Part shown: piece by piece, positions 14,444 to 26,254 of the stretch
Layout: every line of letters begins with the position of its first letter
Position numbering within the stretch: position 1 is the first letter of the stretch
Notes under the pieces: model-generated
Database searches by the model: none
Seen by the model: the letters and a program-made list of their open reading frames with translations, nothing else
What the model was told of the DNA's origin: nothing
NCBI GenBank assembly: GCA_012295275.1
Contig: CM022671.1
Span: 36,394,001-36,458,000, forward strand
DNA: 64,000 nt
DNA from: Chrysomallon squamiferum
Lineage: Eukaryota > Animalia > Mollusca
Direction: 5' to 3'
Position numbers and translations under genes: made by a program

Positions 14444-15563
14444 TAATTAAAACAAACAAATAACTTTTTGCTTGAGAAAAGAAAGAGTATGCTGAGTTGG
14501 GTTGTTTCTTAACTATATTTTACAGTTTTACTCCGAGTTGATTGTTATTTTAATTCATTTACTTTTACGTTTGTCAGATATTTTTCACAAGATTATTTAC
14601 TAATTTACCTCCGCCTTTAAATAACACTGTTAACAACATACTTTAATATCTCAGCAGAAAAAGATGAAACTTGTTATTGTCATTCTGTTGGCTACTATTA
14701 ACTGATAAATGGTGTACAGTCTTTCATTTACAGAATATGTAGTGGCACTGTTGTTTCCAGAGACGGGGCTTACCTCCCCTTGTCATCCCTTAGTTCTTGC
14801 TCAGTTTGATTTATCATCTAGTACAGTTACCAAAACCATCATCGTATTATTGCAACCACCTTCTTCAGTTACTGAAACATGACTAAGTTTGATACAGTAT
14901 TTTTCAGCACTGTTAATTTAAGATGGCTGTTACAGTTGTGTATGTTGGTATTTCATTCTGTAGACACGGTGCACAAGGCACGTTATTTCGAGATGTTTCT
15001 GTCCTCTCAGAGCAAAGTCACTTGAGCATCACTGATCTGCTGGGGATGACATGTTCTGTCTGTGTTTCAACAAAACCATTTGTTTTATTTTTCACGAATT
15101 ATTATTATTATTTTTTTATATGTAAATAAAACTCATATGAATCAACATCTCAGATATGTAAAATATTTTCCCATTTGTTGTTGTTCTTGCATAATTGATG
15201 TATTCCTCATTTATAATAAAAGTTGACAGCTATATCAGATTAATAAAAAGGAAAAGAAGAAGATAATTCTTTCAATGTACTTTAAAGAATGTTCTTATTG
15301 TATTAGTTAATATAATAATAAAATCACTATTATTAATTTAATATTAAAAACAAAAATAAAAGAAAAGGTAAATTAATGTATTAGTAGGACTATTCAGTTA
15401 GCAGAATGAGAAAAGAATAATGTAAGAAATGATATTCATGTTAATGAAAGTAAGAAATGATACATTATAAACTATAATTTGATGTCAATCTGTCATTGTT
15501 ATTAAAAATCTGCTCACAGGAAGAGATAAAATATTCATAGGGTACATTATTTGTTCATATATA

Positions 15564-16284
15564 CAGTGGTACTTGACTTACAAATTTAATTCTTTCCGTG
15601 ACTGAGCTACTATCTGAGTTTGCTTGTAAATCAAATCAATTTTCGCAACTAAAATTAATTGAAATAACATTAATCCGCTCCAACCTCCCGAAAACCACAC
15701 CATTTTTTTTTTTTTTTTTTTGTAACGTGTTTTTAAATAAGAAAAATGTATTTAGAAATGACAAATATTGCATGAAAACAAACAAAAGAAATATATTCAT
15801 TTTGTAAAGTGTATGTATCTTGGAGATCAGACAAATTATTTTAACTCCTTCAGCTTCAGTATGGTACATACCATAAACATACTATGCTCGTACTGACCAG
15901 CCAAGTTAACTACATGCAGTCCTCGCTCATGTTTATCTATGAATTCAAACTTTAGTTCAATGGACATCATCGACTTCTTCTCAGCACTGTTCTTTGCACT
16001 CACTTTCTTAGGATCCATGGAAATTTATCAAATTACTGCATAAAACGCGAGCACAACACAACACTGATGCTTTTGCGGCGAAGTAATCACATGAAGTAAA
16101 CGAGGGAGACGCGGGATGCTGGTCGGATGTTGTGTTGTTCGTTGAGCCAACTAGCTGCGGCATATCTTAGGCTCGCTTGTAAATCGGAATTTGGCTCGCA
16201 ACCCAAAGCAAAAAATCGACTGGGCGACTGCTCGTAACTCGATAAACTCGTAAGTTGGGACACTCGTAAGTGGATGTACCACTG
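15564..16284 (-). mobile_element. Internally deleted Tigger/pogo-type (Tc1/mariner superfamily) DNA transposon, 721 bp
   Basis: TA|CAGTGGTAC...GTACCACTG|TA termini (TIRs with a TA target duplication). Minus-strand ORF 15836-16018 (MDPKKVSAK...SIELKFEFIDKHERG..V..LA.QY...VCTILK) resembles the CENP-B-type N-terminal HTH of Tigger transposases. Confidence 0.85.
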
Positions 16285-16547
16285 TATATTGGTGTGTGTG
16301 TGTGCGTGCGCGTGTGCGTTTATTTATTTATTTAAAAACAATCACAACAACATTGTTGTGTGTAAGATGAATTCCACTTCATTTGACTAACAACTGTATA
16401 ACGATTAGATAAGAACATATTTAACAGTGCGGAAACATCAACTACGACAACTACCAATGACGGAACTTTTTATTTCTGTGAAAAAGTCAACAATTTTCTT
16501 TTATTTCAGTTCTTTAATTCCGGTGTTATTTTCTACTATTTGGAAGG

Positions 16548-17502
16548 TCAGACAGAGAATGTGTAGTCTGAAATTAAAATATTCAAATAATATACATTAA
16601 ACAAAATAGTGAATACTTTTGGATATACTAAAAACAGTTTAACACATTTTGATATATTAACAAATGTAGCTCATTCAGAAATAATATAACTGTTTTGTTA
16701 ATACAGAAATGCAAAAAACCGTAAGCGACTTTTTCAGACATGACGTAGTGACGTCACTAACAAACCGAAGTGCTGCCTTAGAAACCAGTGATGTGTCTGA
16801 TCATGTCTTTTCACTCGTAAATTTGACAAGTGATTCATGCGATGTTGTTATTTACTATCCCTTGTTGTTATTTAATCAAACAATAACACTTCACATCATT
16901 TTCACTCGTTGCTTACATAAATATGTATCTAAATTTTCTGTTGAGAATTGTATAATAAATATTGATACCTAAATCTCTTTCACTTTATCTTTCTGTCATT
17001 GTTTCAAAAAGAGTGTCTGTGATTTAATGTTTTTTCTGAGAGTTTGTGACACAAACTTTTACACTTACCCGCTACCAGACAGTCGCATATGTTCGTATCG
17101 CTGTTGCAGAAGCCAAGTATTGCATTGTATTTATTTCTGCACTGAGATGAACAGAAGCTAGCATCATCCTGATCACTGCACGGAGGGCCATCCTTGAGTG
17201 TCGTGTCCCCAGCTGAATATTACAAGACAAGTTCTTATTGTATAAACTAATCGTTGCTGCGGTCATTTTAGTTCAAACGTGAAATATCAATTTATCCGCT
17301 TCTAGTATAGATCAATGACAATGTCGTGTAAAATGGAACATTAACATTTATTTTTGATTTCTTTCTTTGCTGCAAACACAGAGAATCATACGTTTCTTTT
17401 ATAATAACTTGCTCACCTATATTTCAGGGTTTATAAAGTAAGCCGCTGAGTCTACTGAGATTAAGCCAAGAAAACCCTCAAACTCAAACCCACCATTAAT
17501 AC

Positions 17503-17550
<48 letters not shown>

Positions 17551-17921
17551 TTCTCTCAGAGTAGGACGGTCAGTTGACGAAGACTCTGTCGGCCGTTGTC
17601 TTTATTTGAAAGGCTTGTCTGTGTACTTGGTACATTACGACTATAAAAATACTTTATGAGCAGACTGAAATGAGTCTACATTTCACGTGATCCTCGGCCT
17701 CTTACCAGCTTTGCGCGAGTCTGTATACATGCAAATCAAACTTGGAACATGCTCAAGAAATCAATTCGAGATATTAAAATCTTAATGTAATTTAAACTTT
17801 TAATATTAAGCTTGATAAATTTCGTTTCGAATTATTTGTACGTTCACATTTTACAACTACTGCGATACTTACATTGAACAAAGTAGAAAACCAGGAACAT
17901 TAGGAGATGTTTGCCAGTCAT
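16548..17921 (-). CDS. Secreted 6-Cys CS-alpha-beta defensin/toxin-like peptide, gene 1 (75 aa, acidic)
   Basis: Exons 17921-17873, 17720-17706, 17212-17069 and 16567-16548, all joined by phase-1 GT-AG introns: MTGKHLLMFLVFYFVQYSRKA-AGDTTLKDGPPCSDQDDASFCSSQCRNKYNAILGFCNSDTNICDCLVADYTFSV*. TATAAAAA lies ~80 nt upstream of the ATG. Confidence 0.85.
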
Positions 17922-17954
17922 CTTGACGCAGTGAAACCAAAAGTTGTGCGATTG

Positions 17955-18110
17955 GAGAATGTAGTAAGCAGAAGAGATAAAAACAGACAGAGCTGACGAG
18001 TTTTTATACTTTTAGATCTTCTACCAGCTGTTACTTGTGTAATCAGTAAAACTACAGTTTGTTTTAAAACTGTCATTGTGTTTAGGAAACTGCTGAGAGA
18101 TAAATGAAAA
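17955..18110 (-). promoter_or_regulatory. TATA-containing promoter/5'UTR module of peptide gene 1, shared by all family members
   Basis: TATAAAAA at 18001-18008 (minus strand) within a ~150-bp block that recurs at ~21225-21375(-), 23490-23630(+), 26255-26378(+), 35870-36020(-) and 37215-37340(+). Confidence 0.7.
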
Positions 18111-18389
18111 AGATTTTATAGATAGACTATTGCTTATTTATTAAACAAAATTCCTATTCAAATTTAAAAAAAAGAAGAAAAAAGTAAATTTTAAAATGTA
18201 AAGAAAGAAATATGCATTTTTTGTGAGTATTAATTTTTTTATGTGAAATTCAAATAAAAACAAAAATGTTATAGATGGAATAGTAATTATTTACTAAATA
18301 AACCTGCTATTTAAATAAATAATGTTTTAAATTTCCTGATGATAAAAATTATGTATATATATAAAATATTGACCTCAGGTAGACAAAAA

Positions 18390-18900
18390 GAAATACATTA
18401 AAAGAAGTATACCAAAGATTGTGTTCACTAAATGAGGTATATCAAAGACTGTGGTACATTAAAAAAAGTATATCAAAGACTGTGGTACATTAAAAAAATG
18501 TATATCAAAGACTGTGGTATATTAAAAGAATTATATCAAAGGCAGTTGTCATTAAAAGAATTATATCAAAGACTGTGGTATATCAAAAAATTTGGTTTAT
18601 TAAAAGAGATATATGTGGTCATTAAAAGAGGTATATAAAAAAAATGGTAGATTAAAACGTATATCAATATTAGTGTGTTTATAATATTACAGTGTATCAC
18701 TATAATGTAACACTACTGTGTAACGCTGTTGTGTTTGTAATATTAGAGTGTAATACTAGTGTATTTGTCACACTACAGTGTGTCACTAGAATGTAATACT
18801 AGTGTATTTGTAATACTAGAATGGAATACTGAAGTGTAAGTCTAGTGTGTTCGTAATGCTGGTGGATAATACTGGGGTGTAATACTAGAATCTTTGTAAT
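18390..18900. repeat. Degenerate minisatellites (~31-bp GTATATCAAAGACTGTGGTACATTAAAAGAA unit, then GTAATACTAG-type units)
   Basis: Direct reading. The first array recurs inverted at ~22810-23045 and direct at ~36460-36680. Confidence 0.75.
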
Positions 18901-18904
18901 TATA

Positions 18905-19300
18905 ATTATTTTTGAGGCAGTAGTCGATCCTATGAACGCTGCATTATATTCAGACATTCCTCGATAACGTTATTTTTTAATTTTAAATATACAGTGAAAC
19001 CTTCGTCATCAAACCAGACATAATAAAATTAGTACTATTGATATTTAAGTATTTTAGATAATACAAACTGTAGAAGTAGTACATATTAAAATTTAGATAT
19101 ATTAGACATTTAAATAATATAAACTTCAAAGTCCATATTAAAATTTAAATATTGTAGATAACATGAAGTGTGAAACAAGGACATACTTAAATTTAATTAT
19201 TTTAAGTAATACAAACTGTAGAACAAGTATATATTAATATTTAATTATTTCAGATGAAACAAACTGTTGAACTGGTATACATTATTATTTAATTATTTTA
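18905..19300 (+). pseudogene. Degenerate older copy of PQBP1 exon 6 and intron 6
   Basis: gatcctatgaacgctgcattatattcagacattcctcg|ataacgtt versus the gene's gatccaatggaccctgcatcatactcagacattcctcg|gtaaagtt (donor GT changed to AT), followed by intron-6-like sequence. Confidence 0.8.
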
Positions 19301-19975
19301 GTTGACATATATGTAAGTATTACCAGCTGATCATCTTGTTATCATCATGTTTTTCAAATCTGAATAAAGAACAGGATTGAGTCTGATGCAACATTTTGTG
19401 TGAACTGTTAATTCGTGATGGCCCTTACAGCTGTGTACATTCATTTGTTATGTAGTGCACGAGAATCATTGTTTCTCTCTTTGAAATTCCTCCCCAGTCC
19501 TCCCCTAGCTGAAATTCCTGCCCTTTTGTTTTGAAATTCCAACCTTGTGCTGTCTGTGTGAGAATCTGTGATCTACTTGTGTGGACAAGCTCTGTCAGTG
19601 CGACTAAGAAATTCATTAAAATCGACTGTTTCAGTTTTGGTCAGCCTTTGTCTGATATAATCAACATGTAAATGATTTAAAGTAGTTTTCCTTTTATTAC
19701 TGTTTTTCTCAAAATATAAATTCCTAACTAAATTAGATTAATAAAAAGGAAAAAAAAGAAAGTTTCCTTGATTCAATGTATTTTGAAAAAAACATCGTTC
19801 ACATTTTTGTTGTCATTATTTGTTTCTACACGTAGATAATAACGAACTCTGAAATTAAAACATTGAATGTTAATAAACTGAAAGAAAATAAAGAAAATAT
19901 TTTGATATAATAAATAATACAATTTTGATATAATAAAAAATGAGTGTATTTTAATATTTTCTTGTGTGTGGAAAG

Positions 19976-21197
19976 TCAGATAACGAATCTGTAGTCTGAA
20001 ACTAAAATATTCAAAGAATATAGATTAATGAAAATAATGAATACTTTTTGATATATTAACAACAGTTTGATACATTTTGATATATTAACAAATTTAACTC
20101 ATTCAGATTTAAGATAACTCATTAGTTCACTCAGAAATAAGAAAATCGTAAGCGACTTTTTCGGACATGACGTAGTGACGTCACTAACAAACCGAAGTGC
20201 TTCCTTTGAAACCAGTGATGTGTCTGATCATGTCTTTTCACTCGTAAATTTGACAACTGATTCATGCGATGTTGTTATTTACTATTCCTTGTTGTTATTT
20301 AATCAAACAATAACACTTCACATCACTTTCACTCGTTGAATACATAAATATGTATCTAAATCTCTTTAACTTTATATTTCTGTTATTGTTTCAATAATAG
20401 TGTCAGTTTTCGTGTTTGTCTGAGTGACACAACGTTGTGTACTTACACCGCATCCAACATTTGCACAGTTTCGACTGCAGGTCGCAGAAGCCACTCACTG
20501 CATGATAATTTTTTCTGCATCCATCCAGACAGAAGTTGAGACGATCCTTTTCACTGCACTCAGGTCCATGCTTTACTTTCGTCTCGCCAACTGAAAGCAA
20601 CAAACAGATTTCTACTGAATAGACTAAACGTTGTAGCGTCACATTAATTTAAAATATGAATTTACCGTCATCAAGAAGAAATAAATGAAAATATCAAATA
20701 AAATACATTAGTATTTCCTTTTAATTTAATTATTTTTAAAAAAACACACACACTCTAAAATCCATACACGCATGCGCGATACTTTTATGATAAACGGGCG
20801 CCTGCTCACAGGTACAGCGTATTAACACAACAAAGACAAAACATCAACGTGAAGAAAAAATAATAATAAAAAATACATATAAAAAAATAAATAAGATTAC
20901 TTAATGAATACACTGAAATGGATCTTCATTTGACAGGCTTGTTTGTTTATTTAGCACGTGCTCTAACATTGCACGTGATTCTCGCCTCTTACCAGCTTTG
21001 CACGGGTCTGCATTCATGCAAATCGAACATGGAAGAAATCAACTAGGGACATCAACTTTTAATGTAATTTAGAATTTTAATATTTAACACGGTAAATTTC
21101 GTTTCGAATATTTTACATTATATATTTTACAGCTACTGCGACACTTACACTGAACAAGGTAGAAAACCAGGAACATTAGGAGAAGTTTACCAGTCAT
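19976..21197 (-). CDS. Secreted 6-Cys CS-alpha-beta defensin/toxin-like peptide, gene 2 (75 aa, cationic)
   Basis: Exons 21197-21149, 21007-20993, 20590-20447 and 19995-19976 (phase-1 introns): MTGKLLLMFLVFYLVQYPCKA-VGETKVKHGPECSEKDRLNFCLDGCRKNYHAVSGFCDLQSKLCKCWMRYYRFVI*. Confidence 0.85.
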
Positions 21198-22406
21198 CTT
21201 GACGCAGTGAAACCAAAACGATGCGACTGGAGAATGTAGTAAGCAGAAGAGATAAAAACAGACAGAATAGACGAGTTTTTATACTTTTAGATCTTCAACC
21301 AGCTGTTACTTGTGTAATCAGTAAATCTACAGTTTGTTTTAAAACTGTCATTGTGTTTAGGAAACTGCTGAGAGAAATAGTAAAACAAAATTTATAGACA
21401 TAGTTTTACCTCTTTATTAGAAGAAAAAAAAATGGAAACTTTATTTTATGGTTTTGATCGATACTCTGCTTTAGCCGCATGATTATCTAGTTGTCTAGTA
21501 GAACTTAAAATATTTTGTCTTTGTTATTTGTTTCTTAATTTGACTTGTTACTGAATGAATGTTAATTACTTTAGAAAGTTCAGAGGAAGGACAGCGAATG
21601 AAATAAATTATTACGCAATTTTGAGTAACGGTTTTTAAAAATATGTTTCATGTAAAATCAACAGAATCATACGAACGTTGTTATAATTATTTTACCTAAT
21701 TCGTAGATTTTGTGTGACAAAAAAAAAAACAACAAGAAAAAACCAACATTACAAAAAAACAACAACAAAAAAACAACACAATAATAATAATAAAAAATAA
21801 AAACAAACGAACAAAAAAAAAAAAAAAAAAAAAACCCAGACAACAACAACAACAACATAAGAAAAAGGGGAAAAAAAGATTCATAACCGTATAACTATAA
21901 TTATGAATGTTGTTTGTAGATGTTGTGCTCATGTCCTCTTCTGTGACTAAAAAACAAATATGGATTTGTGAAAAACATTTATCTTACGAGAAACAGCAAA
22001 TAAATAAATAAATAAGAAAAAAAGGTTTTGTCTGATTAATAATTTGAATACCAAATTTCTACTGAAAACATTTAACTGTTTTTCACTAGATATAAAGAAA
22101 CATTAAATACAATATACAGTACACATCACCCTGCCTAGAATTATTAAAATATGTAATACACAGAATGTAATGCAGTAGATTATCATAAACTTAACAATAA
22201 AAAATATTGGTGTATTTTACATATTTATCTATTTTACCTAGTTTACATACTGAAACATGATAGATGTTACCAGTACTCGGACCGTGCAGGATTTTAATAC
22301 ACTGAAGTAAATGAAACAGTTTATATACAACATTACGTCAGGTTAAGAAAATGTTTGTCATATACATAACATGGATGCAGTTTATATATTGATACACACA
22401 CACACA

Positions 22407-22513
<107 letters not shown>

Positions 22514-23663
22514 AGTTATTTTATAGCTAGGACATCCAGCGAAATATAATTTGCATGAAATGAAATAAATTATTACGCACTTTTCTCTAATGGTTTTTAA
22601 AAATATGTTTCATGTAAAATCAATAGAACCAGATGGACGCTACTAGAATTATTTTAATTAATTCATGGGTTGTGCTTGATAAAGAAAAAAATTCATAAAC
22701 GTACAACTAGAATGATAACGATTACGTTTTATGTGTTGTTCTCACGTCTGCCGAGTCTTTCAGGAAACACGACTTGCCGGCCTCCAACTCACATTTATAT
22801 ATCTTACACAGTACCACAGTTTTTGTTGTACTTCTTTTAATATACTACATTTTTTGATATACTTCTATTAATATACCATGTTTTTTTATATGCTACAGTC
22901 TTTGATATACTTCTTTTAATATACCACGGTATTTGATATACTTCTTTCAACATACCACAATCTTTGATATACTTTTTATAATGTACCACAGTCTTTGATA
23001 TACCTCATTTAGTGACCACAGTCTTTGGTGTACTTCTTTTAATGTATTTCTTTCAGTCTACCTGAGGTCAATTTTTAAATATATATACATAAATTTTATC
23101 GTCAGGAAATTCGAAACATTATTTATTTAAAAGGGAGGTTTATTTAGTAAATAATTAATATTCCATCTACAACATTTTTTTATTTCTTTGGATTTCACAT
23201 AAAGAATTAACGCTCACAAAGAGAGCATATTTCTTGATTTACCTTTTAAAATTTATGGGTTTTTTGTTTGTTTGTTTTCAATTTAAATAACAGGTTTATT
23301 TAGTAAATAATTACTATTCCATCTATAACATTTTTTTTTGGGGGGGATTTCACATAAACAAATTAACACTCACAAAAAAACATATTTCTTTCTGTACATT
23401 TTTAAATTTATTTATTATTTTCATTAAAATTTGAATAGGAAGTTTGTTTAATAAATAAGCAATAGTCTATCTATAAAATCTTTTTCATTTATCTCTCAGC
23501 AGTTTCCAATGACAGTTTTAAAACAAACTGTAGTTTTACTGATTACACAAGTAACAGCTGGTAGAAGATCTAAAAGTATAAAAACTCGTCAGCTCTGTCT
23601 GTTTTTATCTCTTCTGCTTACTACATTCTCCAGTCGCACAACTTTTGGTTTCACTGCGTCAAG

Positions 23664-24132
23664 ATGACTGGTAAACTTCTCCTAATGTTCCTGGTTTTCT
23701 ACTTTGTTCAATGTAAGTATCGCAGTAGTTGTAAAATGTGAACGTACAAATAATTCGAAACGAAATTTATCAAGCTTAATATTAAAAGTTTAAATTACAT
23801 TAAGATTTTAATATCTCGAATTGATTTCTTGAGCATGTTCCAAGTTTGATTTGCATGTATACAGACTCGCGCTAAGCTGGTAAGAGGCCGAGGATCACGT
23901 GAAATGTAGACTCATTTCAGTCTGCTCATAAAGTATTTTTATAGTCGTAATGTACCAAGTACACAGACAAGCCTTTCAAATAAAGACAACGGCCGACAGT
24001 CTTCGTCAACTGACCGTCCTACTCTGAGAGAATCATTATAATTATTATTATTACTAATGGTGGGTTTGAGTTTGAGCGTTTTCTGTGCTGATAGAAGAAA
24101 TATTTATTATTATTTATTTATTTATTTATTTA

Positions 24133-24184
<52 letters not shown>

Positions 24185-25077
24185 TTATTTATTTATTTAT
24201 TTTTTTTTTTTTTTTTTCTCGACGTAGAAGTTTTGTCTTTGTTGTGTTAATACGCTGTACGTGTGAGCAGGCGCCCGTTTATTAAACAAGTATCGCGCAT
24301 GCGTGTATGGATTGTATGCACGTTTCTGTGTGTTCTTAGCAAAGAAAGAAATTAAAATTAGAATACTAATGTTGTATTTTATTTGATATTTTCATTTATT
24401 TCTACTTGATGACGGTAAATACATATTTCACTTTTAAATTAATGTGACGCTACAAACGTTTAGTCTATTCAGTGGAAATCTGTTTGTTTCTTTCAGTTGG
24501 CGAGATGCGGTCAGTCTATGGTTCTCCCTGCTATCCTGGCGAGAGTTACGCGTACTGTGTTCATAAATGTCGGGAGAGTGGCTTGGGAATGTGGGCCTAT
24601 TGCGACCGGACGGCAAATATGTGCGTGTGCGTGAAGGCGCGTAAGTACATTTATGTTTTATATTCGTCCTTAAAAAGCGTTGAAACATGACAGACACTCG
24701 TATTCAAACAATGAAAGAAAGAATAAGATGTAGATATCTAATTTATCATAAAGCTCTCAACAGAAAATTTGGGTACATATTTACGTATTCAACGAATTAA
24801 AGTGATATGAAGTGTATTATTGTTTGATTAGATAACAACAAGGAATAATAAATATCAACATCACATGAATCAGTTGTCAAATTTACGAGTGAAAAGACAG
24901 TATCATGTGAGCTAATCAGTTATCTTGAATATGAATGAGCTAAATTTATTAATATATCAAAATGTATCCATTATTTAAAATACATTCATCTTTTATTATA
25001 TCAAAATATCTTCATTATTTTCGTTCATTCTATTAACATTCACTATTTTAATTTCAGACTCCTATATTAATCGATAA
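23664..25077 (+). pseudogene. CS-alpha-beta peptide gene 3 (inverted copy) with an in-frame TAA in micro-exon 2; a pseudogene unless exon 2 is skipped
   Basis: Exons 23664-23712, 23865-23879 (AAA changed to TAA at 23873-23875), 24497-24640 and 25058-25077. Exons 3-4 are intact: VGEMRSVYGSPCYPGESYAYCVHKCRESGLGMWAYCDRTANMCVCVKAHSYINR*. AATAAA at ~25125. Confidence 0.75.
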
Positions 25078-26254
25078 GCATTTAGCAAAATACTAACTAC
25101 TGTAGTTCGAACAATATTTTACAAAATAAACTGACACGATGTAACTTCTGTATTCTCCTTTTTTGTTAATGTAAATAAGTTAAGAACTTTCATTTTATAT
25201 TTGGGAATATAAAAACTGAGGAAGAACAGTATAAGACGAAACACGTTAACTATTTTAGACGTTGACTAGATCAGACAAAGACTGACCAAAACTGAAACAA
25301 TCGATTTTAATGAATTTCTTAGTGGCACTGACAGAGCTTGTCCACACAAGTAGATCACAGATTCTCACACAGACATCACAAGGTAGGAATTTCAAAACAA
25401 AAGGGCAGGAATTTCAGCTGGGGTGGGGGACTGGGGAGGAATTTCAAAGAGAGAAACAATGATTCTCGTGCTACATAACAAATGAATATACACAGCTGTA
25501 AGGGCCATCACGAATTAACAGTTCACACAAAATGTTGCATCAGACTCAATCCTGTTCTTTATTCAGATTCTGAAAAGCAGTTTAACAGTTTGTTCCATCT
25601 GAAATAATTAAATATTAATATATACTATTACTTAAAATAAAAAATGTTGGTATGTCCTATGTTATCTAAAATAATTAAATACTAACATGTACAAGTTCTG
25701 CTGATCGTATTACTTTAAATAATTAAACATTAATATACATTAGTTCTACAGTTTGTATTACCTAAAACAATTAAAGTTATTTATTTATTTATTTATATAT
25801 TTATTTATTTTCAACTACTGTGTAAGATATATAAATGTGAGTGGGAGACCGGCAAGTCGTGTTTCCTCAAAGACTCGGCAGACGTGAGAACAACACATAA
25901 AACGTAATCGTTATCATTCTAGTTGTACGTTTATGACATTTTTCTTTATCGAGCATAACCCACGAACTAATTAAAATAGTTCTAGTAGCGTCCATCTGTT
26001 TCTATTCATTTTACATAAAACATATTTTTGAAAACAATTACCGAAAATTATGTAATAATTTATTTCATTTCTTGCATATTGTCTTTCGTTCGATGTCCTG
26101 CCTATAATGTAATTAACATTCATTCAGTAATAATTCAAATTAATAAGCAAATAAAAAGAACAACTATATTACGTTTTCGGGATTTTGTTTTTCTCATAAG
26201 TAAATAATATTCTGTCCGTAAAATGTCTGGGGTTTTTTCTCAAAAAAGATTCCT

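Noticed and set aside
16709-16972. Plus-strand ORF MQKTVSDFFRH... (also 34726), and the same block as a possible last exon of the peptide genes
   Set aside because: It lies in intron 3, its stop positions differ between copies, and it has no good polypyrimidine acceptor. A better tttcag acceptor with a matching short exon exists at 16567/19995/34584.
17072-17266. ORF-track proteins MTAATISLYNK... (also 35013-35282)
   Set aside because: Wrong frame; the spliced frame of the same DNA gives the six-Cys peptide exon.
19425-19616. Block shared (inverted) with 25300-25560, as a candidate last exon for genes 2 and 3
   Set aside because: It lies beyond better-supported tail exons and poly(A) signals, has no counterpart in genes 1 and 4, and its reading frames disagree between the copies.
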